From NCBI GenBank assembly GCA_947259105.1, contig CAMYKU010000009.1:1333-65332 (forward strand): DNA of 64,000 nucleotides, given 5' to 3'. Source of the stretch: an uncultured Alphaproteobacteria bacterium (GTDB lineage: Bacteria; Pseudomonadota; Alphaproteobacteria; UBA8366; JADFVY01). A model generated the notes under the pieces. That model worked only from the letters and a program-made list of their open reading frames with translations, was not told the DNA's origin and made no database searches. Of this stretch, positions 1-8,043 are shown piece by piece. The first letter of the stretch is position 1. The number at the start of each line of letters is the position of its first letter. Both the position numbers and the translations under genes were made by a program.

Positions 1-413
1 AGCGCCAGGGTCACGCCGGTTGGCAGTCCAACGGTCCCGGCGCCGGCAACCGAGCATGCCACGGGCCAGTCGCCGGTTTCGGGCGCCTCGTCCGTTTCGA
101 TCAGGAACAGCGCGGGGATAACGAGCAGGTAGGTCCAGACGACCGCCACCGCGGTCACCGGCGCCAGCCCCGCCAGCAGCAGCCAGCGCAGCCGTGATCC
201 GGTAAGAATCCAGCGCAAGGCGAAGAACCACGCAATCTGCATGGCCACCGCAAACCCCGCATCCATCGCGAGCCAGAGCGGCTCCCGTCCATTGCGGCCT
301 TCGACCAGCGCCGCCCAGAGATATATGCCCACGAGCGTCGCGCCATGGACATGCAGGATCGGAACCAGATAGACGAGGAAGGAGAGCAGGAAGGCTGCGA
401 GGGTCCTTGACAT
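1..413 (-). CDS. hypothetical integral membrane protein (3' end cut by window edge)
   Basis: Open frame from ATG (plus-strand cat 411-413) running off the left edge. It is absent from the ORF track because no stop lies in the window. My translation MSRTLAAFLLSFLVYLVPILHVHGATLVGIYLWAALVEG... is strongly hydrophobic with G/C-rich third positions. It lies 12 nt downstream of the preceding minus-strand gene. Confidence 0.45.
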   Translation of the reverse strand, partial: MSRTLAAFLLSFLVYLVPILHVHGATLVGIYLWAALVEGRNGREPLWLAMDAGFAVAMQIAWFFALRWILTGSRLRWLLLAGLAPVTAVAVVWTYLLVIPALFLIETDEAPETGDWPVACSVAGAGTVGLPTGVTLA

Positions 414-425
414 CTGGGCAGGTCC

Positions 426-770
426 TTACGGAGCGAGGCTACAGACGGCGGAAAGGCAGGACGCCGCCGGTTTGCTTCTGCTGAGGTTGGTGCTCACGCA
501 CTCCATCCCGGCCGTCTCCACGACTGTCATCAGATGGCCGTAATAGGCGGCGGCGTCCGCTTGATGTTTCGCATTGACCGGTTGCCATTCGCCGCAGGGG
601 GCCTGGACGGCAACGCAGACGTCACCGCCGTCGCACAACGTCCATTCCGGGCTGAACACGGGGCGGTCCGGCTCGCCGGCGGTGAGTCCGGCAACGACGT
701 AAACGAGCAGACCGACGCCGAACAGGATACCCGCTCCGCCCACGGCCCAGACAAGACGCTTGCCCTTCAT
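426..770 (-). CDS. hypothetical membrane-anchored Cys-rich protein
   Basis: Internal Met of ORF 426..875. The product MKGKRLVWAVGGAGILFGVGLLVYVVAGL has one N-terminal TM helix followed by a soluble part with 6 Cys. I recognise no family. Confidence 0.45.
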   Translation of the reverse strand: MKGKRLVWAVGGAGILFGVGLLVYVVAGLTAGEPDRPVFSPEWTLCDGGDVCVAVQAPCGEWQPVNAKHQADAAAYYGHLMTVVETAGMECVSTNLSRSKPAASCLSAVCSLAP

Positions 771-943
771 TGCAGCCCGTTCGCTTTCTCGATCCGTTTG
801 CCGGCACGCAAGCCATGCGGGGAACGCTTTTCTGCACTGCAGGAATACCGCTACAAGCGGGTGCTGTTTGAGCATATAAAAAGCGTATTGAATGAATAGA
901 CCACGAATTTCTTAATGCATTCTTGTTACAGGAGGTCAACACG

Positions 944-1111
944 ATGACCGACAGGAAACGCCAGAACACCCAATACACGGTCGGCCCGATCGGCGCGGTG
1001 GCGACCGTGCCCGCCGAATTCCTCTCTTCCGCCATATTCGAGGTGGTTCAGGGCGCCTACCATCTCGGCGAGAAACTTGGCCGAGTTGCCGGCAAGCTGC
1101 GCCGCCGCTGA
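944..1111 (+). CDS. hypothetical small protein (55 aa)
   Basis: ATG at 944 lies 8 nt after a perfect AGGAGG (930-935), within ORF 923..1111. A hairpin follows the stop. I recognise no family. Confidence 0.4.
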   Translation: MTDRKRQNTQYTVGPIGAVATVPAEFLSSAIFEVVQGAYHLGEKLGRVAGKLRRR

Positions 1112-1135
1112 TTTTTCCGTCCCGACCCCCAGGAA

Positions 1136-1163
1136 CCGGCCCCGAATCAGCTTTCGGGGCCGG
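1136..1163. terminator. GC-rich hairpin between convergent genes (candidate bidirectional terminator)
   Basis: ccggccccgaa (1136-1146) pairs with ttcggggccgg (1153-1163) around a 6-nt loop. The hairpin overlaps the stop codon of the minus-strand gene at 1147. Confidence 0.45.
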
Positions 1164-1944
1164 CCTGCCAGTATTTGACGTTCAACTCGATCATCAGCGC
1201 GTCGTGGCCGATCTCAAGGCAATGGCGAAGGCTGTAGAAACTGCCCCGTTCGACCTTCGCAAGGCAGCGGCGGTAGACCGATGAGGCGCGCAGGACGCTT
1301 TCCGGCGGAAAGGATGCCGCCGACGGCTCCACCACCCGGCTCCAGAGGGTTTCGCGGGTCCGGGCATCGGTGCGTCCCGGGGGCAGCCCCCCGATCATCC
1401 GGCTGGTCAGCGTGACCGCGCCCGTTTCGACCGGGGAGCTCTCGAGGATTCGATCGCCGAGTGCGCGTTGCGGCCCCAGCGCCAGCGCGATGTCGGCCTC
1501 GGTCTGCGGCTCCGGGTCGATGGCCTCAGGCGCCGGCACCAGCGTCACCCGTTCGCCGATATCCAGGGCCAGAGAGACCGCGTTCCATTCATTCAGCAGG
1601 GCCTCTGCAACGCCGATGCGGACAGCCGTGTAACTGCGCCTGGTTTCGATCGACAGGTGGTCGCCCGCTTGCATGCGCCGCACATTTCCGTCAGCGTCGG
1701 TCACCACCAGCGTCACCGCGCCGCCGGCGGCGCGGTACTGCGTGCCCGGCGCCGGATCGTGCCTTTTGCGTTGCAGGCAGAAACTGCTGAATTCCCCCGT
1801 GCACACACCGTTCCTGCAGACGAGCGGGACCGCCCCCCCGGTCGCAAGAAGGGCAAGGATCTGTGGGGCGGCGCCGGCGGGAACGGCCGATGCCACGACG
1901 ACGAGGGCGGCGGCAAGACATGCGAAGAGACGGGTGGCAGGCAT
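1147..1944 (-). CDS. hypothetical secreted protein
   Basis: Internal Met of ORF 1147..2103 with upstream GGAAAGGAAGG Shine-Dalgarno. MPATRLFACLAAALVVVASAVPAGAAP looks like a signal peptide. No known domain recognised. Confidence 0.55.
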   Translation of the reverse strand: MPATRLFACLAAALVVVASAVPAGAAPQILALLATGGAVPLVCRNGVCTGEFSSFCLQRKRHDPAPGTQYRAAGGAVTLVVTDADGNVRRMQAGDHLSIETRRSYTAVRIGVAEALLNEWNAVSLALDIGERVTLVPAPEAIDPEPQTEADIALALGPQRALGDRILESSPVETGAVTLTSRMIGGLPPGRTDARTRETLWSRVVEPSAASFPPESVLRASSVYRRCLAKVERGSFYSLRHCLEIGHDALMIELNVKYWQAGPES

Positions 1945-2074
1945 TGGACCTTCCTTTCCGGTTCGTTCTTCACGGCAAGCATTCCACCCTGTAGGGAAAT
2001 GGTCAACGCATGGAGCGGATCGCATACGCAAATGTGATATCGTCCGCGGTATTCCGGCCACGCTTGGGACAGGA

Positions 2075-4009
2075 GTGAAAAATCCCGTGAAAACGCCGCG
2101 CATCGCGCCTTATGGCACCTGGAAATCGCCCATCACCGCCGATCTCATAACCGGCGGCAGCATCGGCTTCGCTGGCCTCGCCCTCGACGGCGGCGACGTC
2201 TACTGGGCGGAGCAGCGGCCCGCCGAAGGTGGCCGCACCGCGATCGTGCGCCAGGCCGCGGACGGCACCGTTGCCGAAGTCATTCCGCAGACATTCAGCG
2301 CCCGCAGCCGGATCCACGAATATGGCGGCGGCGCCTTTGCGGTGCGCGACGGGACGGTGTGGTTCTGCAACGATGCCGACCAGCGCGTGTGGGTGGCCGA
2401 GCCCGGCGCCGAACCGCGCCCCCTGACGCAGGAGGGCGCGACGCGGCACGCGGATTTCGCTGTCGATGCGGCGCGCCGGCGGCTGGTCTGCGTCTGCGAG
2501 GATCACGGCGGGGAAGGGGAGCCGGAAAACCTGCTGCTCGCGGTTTCGTTTGACGGCGGCGTTGCGCCGGTGCATCGCGGCCGCGATTTCTATGCCTGTC
2601 CGCGCCTCTCGCCGGACGGAAGCCGTCTCGCCTGGATCTGCTGGGACCATCCCAACATGCCGTGGGACGGCACCGAGTTGTGGGTTGTCGACATAGCGAA
2701 TGACGGCACGCTGGCGAATGCGAAGCGGGTTGCCGGCGGGTCGGACGAGTCGATCTTCCAGCCCGAATGGTCGCCGGGCGGCGTGCTGCATTTCGTCTCC
2801 GACCGCACCGGCTGGTGGAATCTTTACCGCTTGTCCGGCGACAAGATGGAGCGGGTTTACGGGGATGAATTGGAACTTGGCCGGCCGCTCTGGCAATTTG
2901 GCATGACGACTTATGGCTTCGTGGACGAAAACACGATCTTCTGGATGGGGGCGCTTGAGGGTCAGTGGGGCATGCGGTTACTGGATACGGGAACCGGCAA
3001 CCTGCGGCCACTCGTTCTGCCTTTCGTCGATTTCGACCATCTTTGCGTTGCTGGCGACCGTGCTGCCTTCGTGGGCACCGGCCACGCCGAGCCGGCGGCG
3101 GTAGTATTGCTAGACACGGCAACATGTATGCATGAAGTCGTGCGCTCGTCGGCCGATTTCCTAATCGACCCCGAATACCTCTCCAGGGGCGAATGCATAG
3201 GCTTCCCGACCGCCGACGGCAGCATGGCCTTCGCCTTTCGCTACATGCCGGCGAACCGGGATTTCCAGGCGCCGGACGGCGAACTGCCGCCGCTGATCGT
3301 CAAGATTCATGGCGGGCCGACCTCGCAGGCCCGGCTCGGCCTCAACATGAAGATCCAGTACTGGACCAGTCGCGGATTCGCAGTGCTGGACCTGAATTAT
3401 CGCGGTTCGACCGGCTTCGGCACCGCCTATCGCCGCAAGCTCGACGGCCAGTGGGGCATCGTCGATGTCGAGGACTGCGTCGGCGGCGCGCAGTGGCTTG
3501 CGGAGACGCGTTTGGTCGACCCGGGCCGGCTGGTCATCACCGGCGGCAGCGCCGGCGGCTATACCACGCTGGCCGCGCTCGCGTTCCACGACGTCTTCAG
3601 GGCGGGCGCCAGCCACTACGGCGTCGGCGACCTGATGGCGCTGGCGCACGACACCCACAAGTTCGAGAGCCGCTATCTCGACCGCCTCGTCGGGAAGCTG
3701 CCGGAGGCGGAAGAGCTGTGGCGCGGCCGCTCCCCGATCAACCATATCGACCGGCTGAACTGCCCGGTGATCTTCTTCCAGGGGCTCGACGACAAGGTTG
3801 TGCCGCCGAACCAGGCGGAGGCGATGGTCGCCGCGCTGCGCGAAAAGGGTATCCCGGTCGCCTATGTGCCGTTCGAGGGCGAGGGCCACGGCTTCCGCCG
3901 CGCCGAAAACATCAAGCGGGCGCTGGAAGGCGAGCTGTATTTCTATGGCCGCGTGTTCGGCTTCGAGCCGGCCGACGAGGTCGAACCGGTGGAGATCGGG
4001 AATCTGTGA
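2075..4009 (+). CDS. S9 family serine peptidase (prolyl oligopeptidase / acylaminoacyl-peptidase-like)
   Basis: N-terminal beta-propeller-like half plus a C-terminal alpha/beta hydrolase with nucleophile elbow ITGGSAGGYT, then GLDDKVV and GEGHGF (Ser-Asp-His). The start is uncertain (GTG 2075 or GTG 2090). The upstream part of ORF 1673.. overlaps the divergent gene and is rejected. Confidence 0.8.
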   Translation: MKNPVKTPRIAPYGTWKSPITADLITGGSIGFAGLALDGGDVYWAEQRPAEGGRTAIVRQAADGTVAEVIPQTFSARSRIHEYGGGAFAVRDGTVWFCNDADQRVWVAEPGAEPRPLTQEGATRHADFAVDAARRRLVCVCEDHGGEGEPENLLLAVSFDGGVAPVHRGRDFYACPRLSPDGSRLAWICWDHPNMPWDGTELWVVDIANDGTLANAKRVAGGSDESIFQPEWSPGGVLHFVSDRTGWWNLYRLSGDKMERVYGDELELGRPLWQFGMTTYGFVDENTIFWMGALEGQWGMRLLDTGTGNLRPLVLPFVDFDHLCVAGDRAAFVGTGHAEPAAVVLLDTATCMHEVVRSSADFLIDPEYLSRGECIGFPTADGSMAFAFRYMPANRDFQAPDGELPPLIVKIHGGPTSQARLGLNMKIQYWTSRGFAVLDLNYRGSTGFGTAYRRKLDGQWGIVDVEDCVGGAQWLAETRLVDPGRLVITGGSAGGYTTLAALAFHDVFRAGASHYGVGDLMALAHDTHKFESRYLDRLVGKLPEAEELWRGRSPINHIDRLNCPVIFFQGLDDKVVPPNQAEAMVAALREKGIPVAYVPFEGEGHGFRRAENIKRALEGELYFYGRVFGFEPADEVEPVEIGNL

Positions 4010-4100
4010 GGGGTGGCGCGTGCAATAGCCCTCTGCGTCCTGGATGCATCTTGAGACAGAATTGAGTTTTACATCTGATTTCGACTTCAAGCGTTTCGAC

Positions 4101-4130
4101 GCACAAGAACGCACAAGAACGCACAAGAAC
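4101..4130. repeat. perfect tandem decamer GCACAAGAAC x3
   Basis: Read directly. Three head-to-tail copies end 1 nt before ATG 4132. They are preceded by a duplicated TTTCGAC (4079-4085 and 4094-4100). Confidence 0.9.
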
Positions 4131-4143
4131 AATGCGGGTGAGC

Positions 4144-5127
4144 ATGAAAGTCCTGGTTACGGGAAACGCTGGACATCTTGGCGAGGCGCTGGTCCGCAAC
4201 TTGCGGGAGGCGAAACACGAGGTCGTCGGCCTCGACATCGTTGAATCGCGGTATACCACCGACGTCGGATCGATCGTCGACCGCTCCTGCGTGAAACGAC
4301 GTATGACCGGTATGCGTGCCGTATTCCACGCGGCCACGCTGCACAAGCCGCACCGCGTTACCCATAGCCGACAGGACTTTGTCGACACCAACGTCACCGG
4401 CACGCTCAATCTGCTGGAAGAGGCGGCGGCTGGCGGTGTCGAGTCGTTCATTTTCACGAGCACCACCAGCGTCTTCGGCGATGCCCTTGTGCCTCCGGCG
4501 GGAGAGCCCGCGCTTTGGGTGACCGAGGATGTGACACCCGTTCCCAAGAACATCTATGGGGTCACGAAGTCGGCGGCGGAGGATTCTTGCCAGTTATTCC
4601 ATAGAAACCATGGGCTTGCGTGCCTTATTTTAAGAACCTCCCGGGTTTCTCCGGAGCAGGACGACAACAAGGCGACGAGAGATATCTACGCCGACGGTAA
4701 CGTCAAGGCGAACGAGTATCTCTTCCGCCGTGTCGATATCGCAGACGTGGTGAGCGCGCATCTGCTGGCCGTTGAACGCGCACGCGCAATCGGTTTCGGT
4801 CGCAACATCGTTAGTGCAACCACGCCGTTCCTGCCCGGCGACCTGCCGGATTTGCGTACGGACGCGCCGTCGGTCGTGCGGCGGAGGATTCCGGACCACG
4901 AGGCTGAATATGAGTGCCGCGGCTGGAAGATGATTCCCGGCATCGACAGGGTATACGACAACGAGCAGGCCCGGAATGAACCCGGCTGGCAGCCGCGATA
5001 TGACTTCAACCACATCGTCGACCGGCTGAAAGCGGGCGATGACCCAAGGAGTCCATTGTCTCGCGTTATCGGGTCAAAGGGATACCACGCCCAGGAATTT
5101 ACCAAAGGGCCTTACCCGGTGGCGTGA
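4144..5127 (+). CDS. NAD-dependent epimerase/dehydratase family protein (extended SDR)
   Basis: MKVLVTGNAGHLG Rossmann motif and YGVTKSAAE (YxxxK). The start could also be ATG 4132. Confidence 0.8.
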   Translation: MKVLVTGNAGHLGEALVRNLREAKHEVVGLDIVESRYTTDVGSIVDRSCVKRRMTGMRAVFHAATLHKPHRVTHSRQDFVDTNVTGTLNLLEEAAAGGVESFIFTSTTSVFGDALVPPAGEPALWVTEDVTPVPKNIYGVTKSAAEDSCQLFHRNHGLACLILRTSRVSPEQDDNKATRDIYADGNVKANEYLFRRVDIADVVSAHLLAVERARAIGFGRNIVSATTPFLPGDLPDLRTDAPSVVRRRIPDHEAEYECRGWKMIPGIDRVYDNEQARNEPGWQPRYDFNHIVDRLKAGDDPRSPLSRVIGSKGYHAQEFTKGPYPVA

Positions 5128-5197
5128 ACCATCCAACGCGTTGGCGTCGCCCGGACCTAACCTTCTCTGTCGCCCGCCCTTCAGCCTGCCACCCCTA

Positions 5198-5252
5198 GGG
5201 CAATATCCCATCGCACGGAACCGGGCTGGTTCCGTGCGATGGGATATTGCCC
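5198..5252. terminator. perfect 25-bp inverted repeat (hairpin) between convergent genes
   Basis: gggcaatatcccatcgcacggaacc (5198-5222), loop gggct, then the exact reverse complement (5228-5252). Followed by gctatttc. Confidence 0.5.
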
Positions 5253-5328
5253 GCTATTTCAAAGGGCGAGCAGCTTTATCCGAACACGTGGAACCGCGAA
5301 AAGCGATTCCACGTGTTCGGATGCTGCT

Positions 5329-5676
5329 CTAGTGGCCCGCCTGATGCAGAATGCTGTCGGCCACCCCCGTGTCGTAGCCGAGGCCGGCGGGGGTCAGTGC
5401 GATGGTGTGGGGGAAGGCGCCGGCGCTGGCCAGGCCCTTGCGGACCAGCGCCAGCCAGACGCCCTCGTTCGCGAGGCCGGTCGCGTCGCGCGACAGCACG
5501 ACCCGGGCCCCGACATGGAAATGGTCGCCGTGCGGCGCCGGGATGGCGGTGATATGCACGCCGCCGCTGGCCTCGTCACGGCGCGTGATGCCAGGATCGC
5601 CGGCCAGCTCCTGCAGGATCGCCAGCGTCTTGAGCTGCAGCTTGTTGAGCTTGAGCGGGTTCTTCGTGGGCGCCAT
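5329..5676 (-). CDS. hypothetical protein (115 aa)
   Basis: Intact ORF with GC-rich third positions and GGAG 11 nt upstream of the ATG. No family recognised. Confidence 0.5.
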   Translation of the reverse strand: MAPTKNPLKLNKLQLKTLAILQELAGDPGITRRDEASGGVHITAIPAPHGDHFHVGARVVLSRDATGLANEGVWLALVRKGLASAGAFPHTIALTPAGLGYDTGVADSILHQAGH

Positions 5677-5727
5677 GGCGGTCTCGACTCCGGCTGTGCC
5701 CCCGGTTGCGCTGAGACGGGCCGCGCT

Positions 5728-6516
5728 CTAGCCTGCGTTCTTCCGGGTGAACTGGATCACCTGCTTCATGTCGGCTTCGGAAATGGCGCCGGAGATGACC
5801 TCGTCGCCGACGACGAAGCCGGGTGTGCCGGTGATGCCCAGCGCGTTGGCGAGTTGAATGGTTTCGTCAATGTACGCCGTGATTGCGGGATCCTGCATGT
5901 CCTGCTTCAGCCGCTCGACGTCCAGCCCGGTCTTACTGGCGACCTTCAGCACCTGTTCCTCCGAGACCAGGCGCCCGCCGGACATCATGGCCCGGTGAAA
6001 CTCGATGTACTTGCCCTGACGGTCGGCTGCCATCGCCGCCTGCGCTGCATACCGCGAAACCGGCCCGAGGATCGGGAATTCCTTCCAGACGATCCTCAGA
6101 TTCGGGTCGCTCTTCTCGATATCCTTCATGTATGCGAAGACGCGCTTGCAGTAGCCGCAATTGTAGTCGAAGAACTCGACAATCGTGACGTCGCCGTCGG
6201 TATTGCCGCTCACCGGCGTCATCGGGTGGCGTTCGATCTGTTCGCGATGCGCGGTCAGCGCGTAGGATTTGGCTTCCTGTTCCTGGGCCGCCTGCCTGGC
6301 CCGCAGGATGTCGGACACCTCGATCAGGATTTCCGGGTTCTGGCGAAGATAGTCCGCGATGAACTCCGGGTTCTTTGCGACGAATTCGCCGACGATCTTC
6401 TCGATCTCTGCTTTCTGCGCGTCGGTGAACGCTTCCGCGGCGGCCGGGACGGCGCCGAGCAGGAAAACCAGAATGCCGATCGCCGCTTTGTGGCTGGTGC
6501 CGAATATCCGCCGCAT
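5728..6516 (-). CDS. DsbA family thiol:disulfide oxidoreductase (periplasmic)
   Basis: Signal peptide, CGYC active-site motif within FFDYNCGYCKR, thioredoxin-fold length. GAGGAG Shine-Dalgarno upstream. Confidence 0.85.
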   Translation of the reverse strand: MRRIFGTSHKAAIGILVFLLGAVPAAAEAFTDAQKAEIEKIVGEFVAKNPEFIADYLRQNPEILIEVSDILRARQAAQEQEAKSYALTAHREQIERHPMTPVSGNTDGDVTIVEFFDYNCGYCKRVFAYMKDIEKSDPNLRIVWKEFPILGPVSRYAAQAAMAADRQGKYIEFHRAMMSGGRLVSEEQVLKVASKTGLDVERLKQDMQDPAITAYIDETIQLANALGITGTPGFVVGDEVISGAISEADMKQVIQFTRKNAG

Positions 6517-6651
6517 GGAAATCTTCTCCTCGATATATCTTCGCTACGCGAAACATATATGGGTCACAGGCTGCCGCAATCTAGCAAAAGTTTGCGGCGG
6601 GTGCGATATGATGCGCCCGCGCCGTCCGCAAAGTCACGGGATTGCTACCGC

Positions 6652-8043
6652 TCAGCCGCCGTCCGGGGCCGGTTGAACGCCGCCGCCCATGAGGTTCTGG
6701 ATGTCCAGCACCCGCTCGCGAAGCGGCGAGGTGGGCGGCAGCAGTTCCAGTGCCCGGGCCACGTTGCGGGCCAGCGCCTCGTGATCCCGCACCAGCATGG
6801 CTTCCTCCGCCAGTGCGTAGGCCGCGCCGCCGAAATCGTCGAGACGTCCGTAGGCCGTCGCCATGAGCCGCCAGGTCCGTGGCGTCCATGGCTCGTAATC
6901 GGCAACGATCTTCAGATGGTTCAGCGCTTCGGCCGCGGTGTCCCGCCCCTGAATCTGGAGCAGAGATTGGGCGAGGCTGAAGCGGATCAGTGGCAGTTCG
7001 CCGTGCGTCTGTTCAACCAGTTTCACCGCGCGCCGGTAGGACGGCAGCGATTCCGAAATGCGGCCCGCCCGGTAGAGAGCATCGCCCCTGAGTTCGTGGA
7101 AGAACATGTCATTCGGCGCCATTTCGATGAGTTGGTCGATGATTGCCAGCGCATCGTCGGTTCGATGTAACTTGATGAAGGCCTGAATCCGCGCATAACG
7201 GGCCTCTATGTCCTGGTCATCAGCCGAATAGCGCGCCAGTGTGCGTGCCGGCGGGTCCACATATCCGTTGAGTTTTCCGCGAATTCGACGATGCAGGAGG
7301 GCGAAATTCGGGTCGATCGGCCGGTTCGAGTAGCTCGATTTGGACATGTGCTCGCGAACCGTGGAAATACGGTCCTGGCTCAGCGGATGGGTGCGCAGAT
7401 AAGGGTCCTGGCGACTCCCGGCAAGCAGTTCCTGGTCCTGCAGTTTCTCAAGGGTTTCCAGCAGGCCCTGGGCCGATTGCCCGGTCTTCTCGAGATATCC
7501 CAGCGCCGCAAGATCAGCCGCGCTTTCGTTGGCGCTGGTATATTTCAGGAACGACCGCTCGGCGATGGACTGACCCATGGTGGTTGCGGCGATCATGGCT
7601 TCGGGCTCGCCGCTGACGACGGCCGCCGCCGCCCCGAGAACCAGGGCGATGATCGACTGGGCGCTGGCGGCGCGGAGGTTCTCGTGCATCTTCGCGAGGT
7701 GGCCTCCGGCGATATGGCCCGTCTCATGCGCCACGACGCCGATGACCGCGTCCGCGGTTTCGGAATTGCGCAAAAGCCCGGTGTTGATGAAGATACGCTG
7801 GCCTCCGGCCACGAACGCGTTCATTCGGTCGTCGAGGACGAGGTGGACGCGCAGGGCCTCCGGGTTGAGTCCCGCCGCTTTGAACAGTGGCGCTGCGAAA
7901 TAGCGGATGGTATTTTCCGTTTCCGCATCCCGGACCAGCGATATTTTTCCGGATTGTTGGGCAGACAGAACGGCTGGCGCAGCAACCAGCGTCAGGACAC
8001 CAGCCAGCAAGGAAATGAACAGGCGCATGAATTTCAAGGGCAT
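6652..8043 (-). CDS. M48 family zinc metalloprotease with C-terminal TPR repeats (BepA-like)
   Basis: HETGHIAGGH (HExxH), signal peptide MPLKFMRLFISLLAGVLTLVAAPAVLSA, TPR-like C-terminal half. The start was chosen at an internal Met (8043, alternative 8028). Confidence 0.8.
   Translation of the reverse strand: MPLKFMRLFISLLAGVLTLVAAPAVLSAQQSGKISLVRDAETENTIRYFAAPLFKAAGLNPEALRVHLVLDDRMNAFVAGGQRIFINTGLLRNSETADAVIGVVAHETGHIAGGHLAKMHENLRAASAQSIIALVLGAAAAVVSGEPEAMIAATTMGQSIAERSFLKYTSANESAADLAALGYLEKTGQSAQGLLETLEKLQDQELLAGSRQDPYLRTHPLSQDRISTVREHMSKSSYSNRPIDPNFALLHRRIRGKLNGYVDPPARTLARYSADDQDIEARYARIQAFIKLHRTDDALAIIDQLIEMAPNDMFFHELRGDALYRAGRISESLPSYRRAVKLVEQTHGELPLIRFSLAQSLLQIQGRDTAAEALNHLKIVADYEPWTPRTWRLMATAYGRLDDFGGAAYALAEEAMLVRDHEALARNVARALELLPPTSPLRERVLDIQNLMGGGVQPAPDGG

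Noticed and set aside
3097-3104. GGCGGTAG, identical to the ops/JUMPStart core found upstream of polysaccharide operons.
   Set aside because: It lies inside the S9 peptidase coding region, 40 kb from the polysaccharide locus. An 8-mer match is expected by chance in GC-rich DNA.
5239-7170. Many long ORFs lie antisense to, or out of frame with, the called genes. Examples: 5239..7170 (+, 643 aa), 25061..27478 (+, 805 aa), 40503..42572 (-, 689 aa), 37098..38582 (-), 39355..40650 (-), 16377..18050 (-), 12375..13802 (+), 11233..12387 (+), 28535..29881 (-), 30776..32086 (+), 44750..46195 (-), 58564..59916 (-), 62255..63730 (+), 20258..21430 (+) and 21525..22814 (+).
   Set aside because: Their translations are Arg/Ala/Gly/Pro-rich low-complexity strings with no motifs. 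Each fully overlaps a gene with clear family signatures on the other strand or frame. Long spurious ORFs are expected in roughly 65 percent GC DNA because stop codons are AT-rich.
8015-8043. Apparent overlap of the divergent start codons of the M48 protease (8043 or 8028, minus strand) and the GGT-like gene (8015 or 8027, plus strand).
   Set aside because: Most likely a start-codon assignment problem rather than biology. Both proteins have alternative downstream starts that still precede their signal peptides. It cannot be resolved without orthologue alignments.
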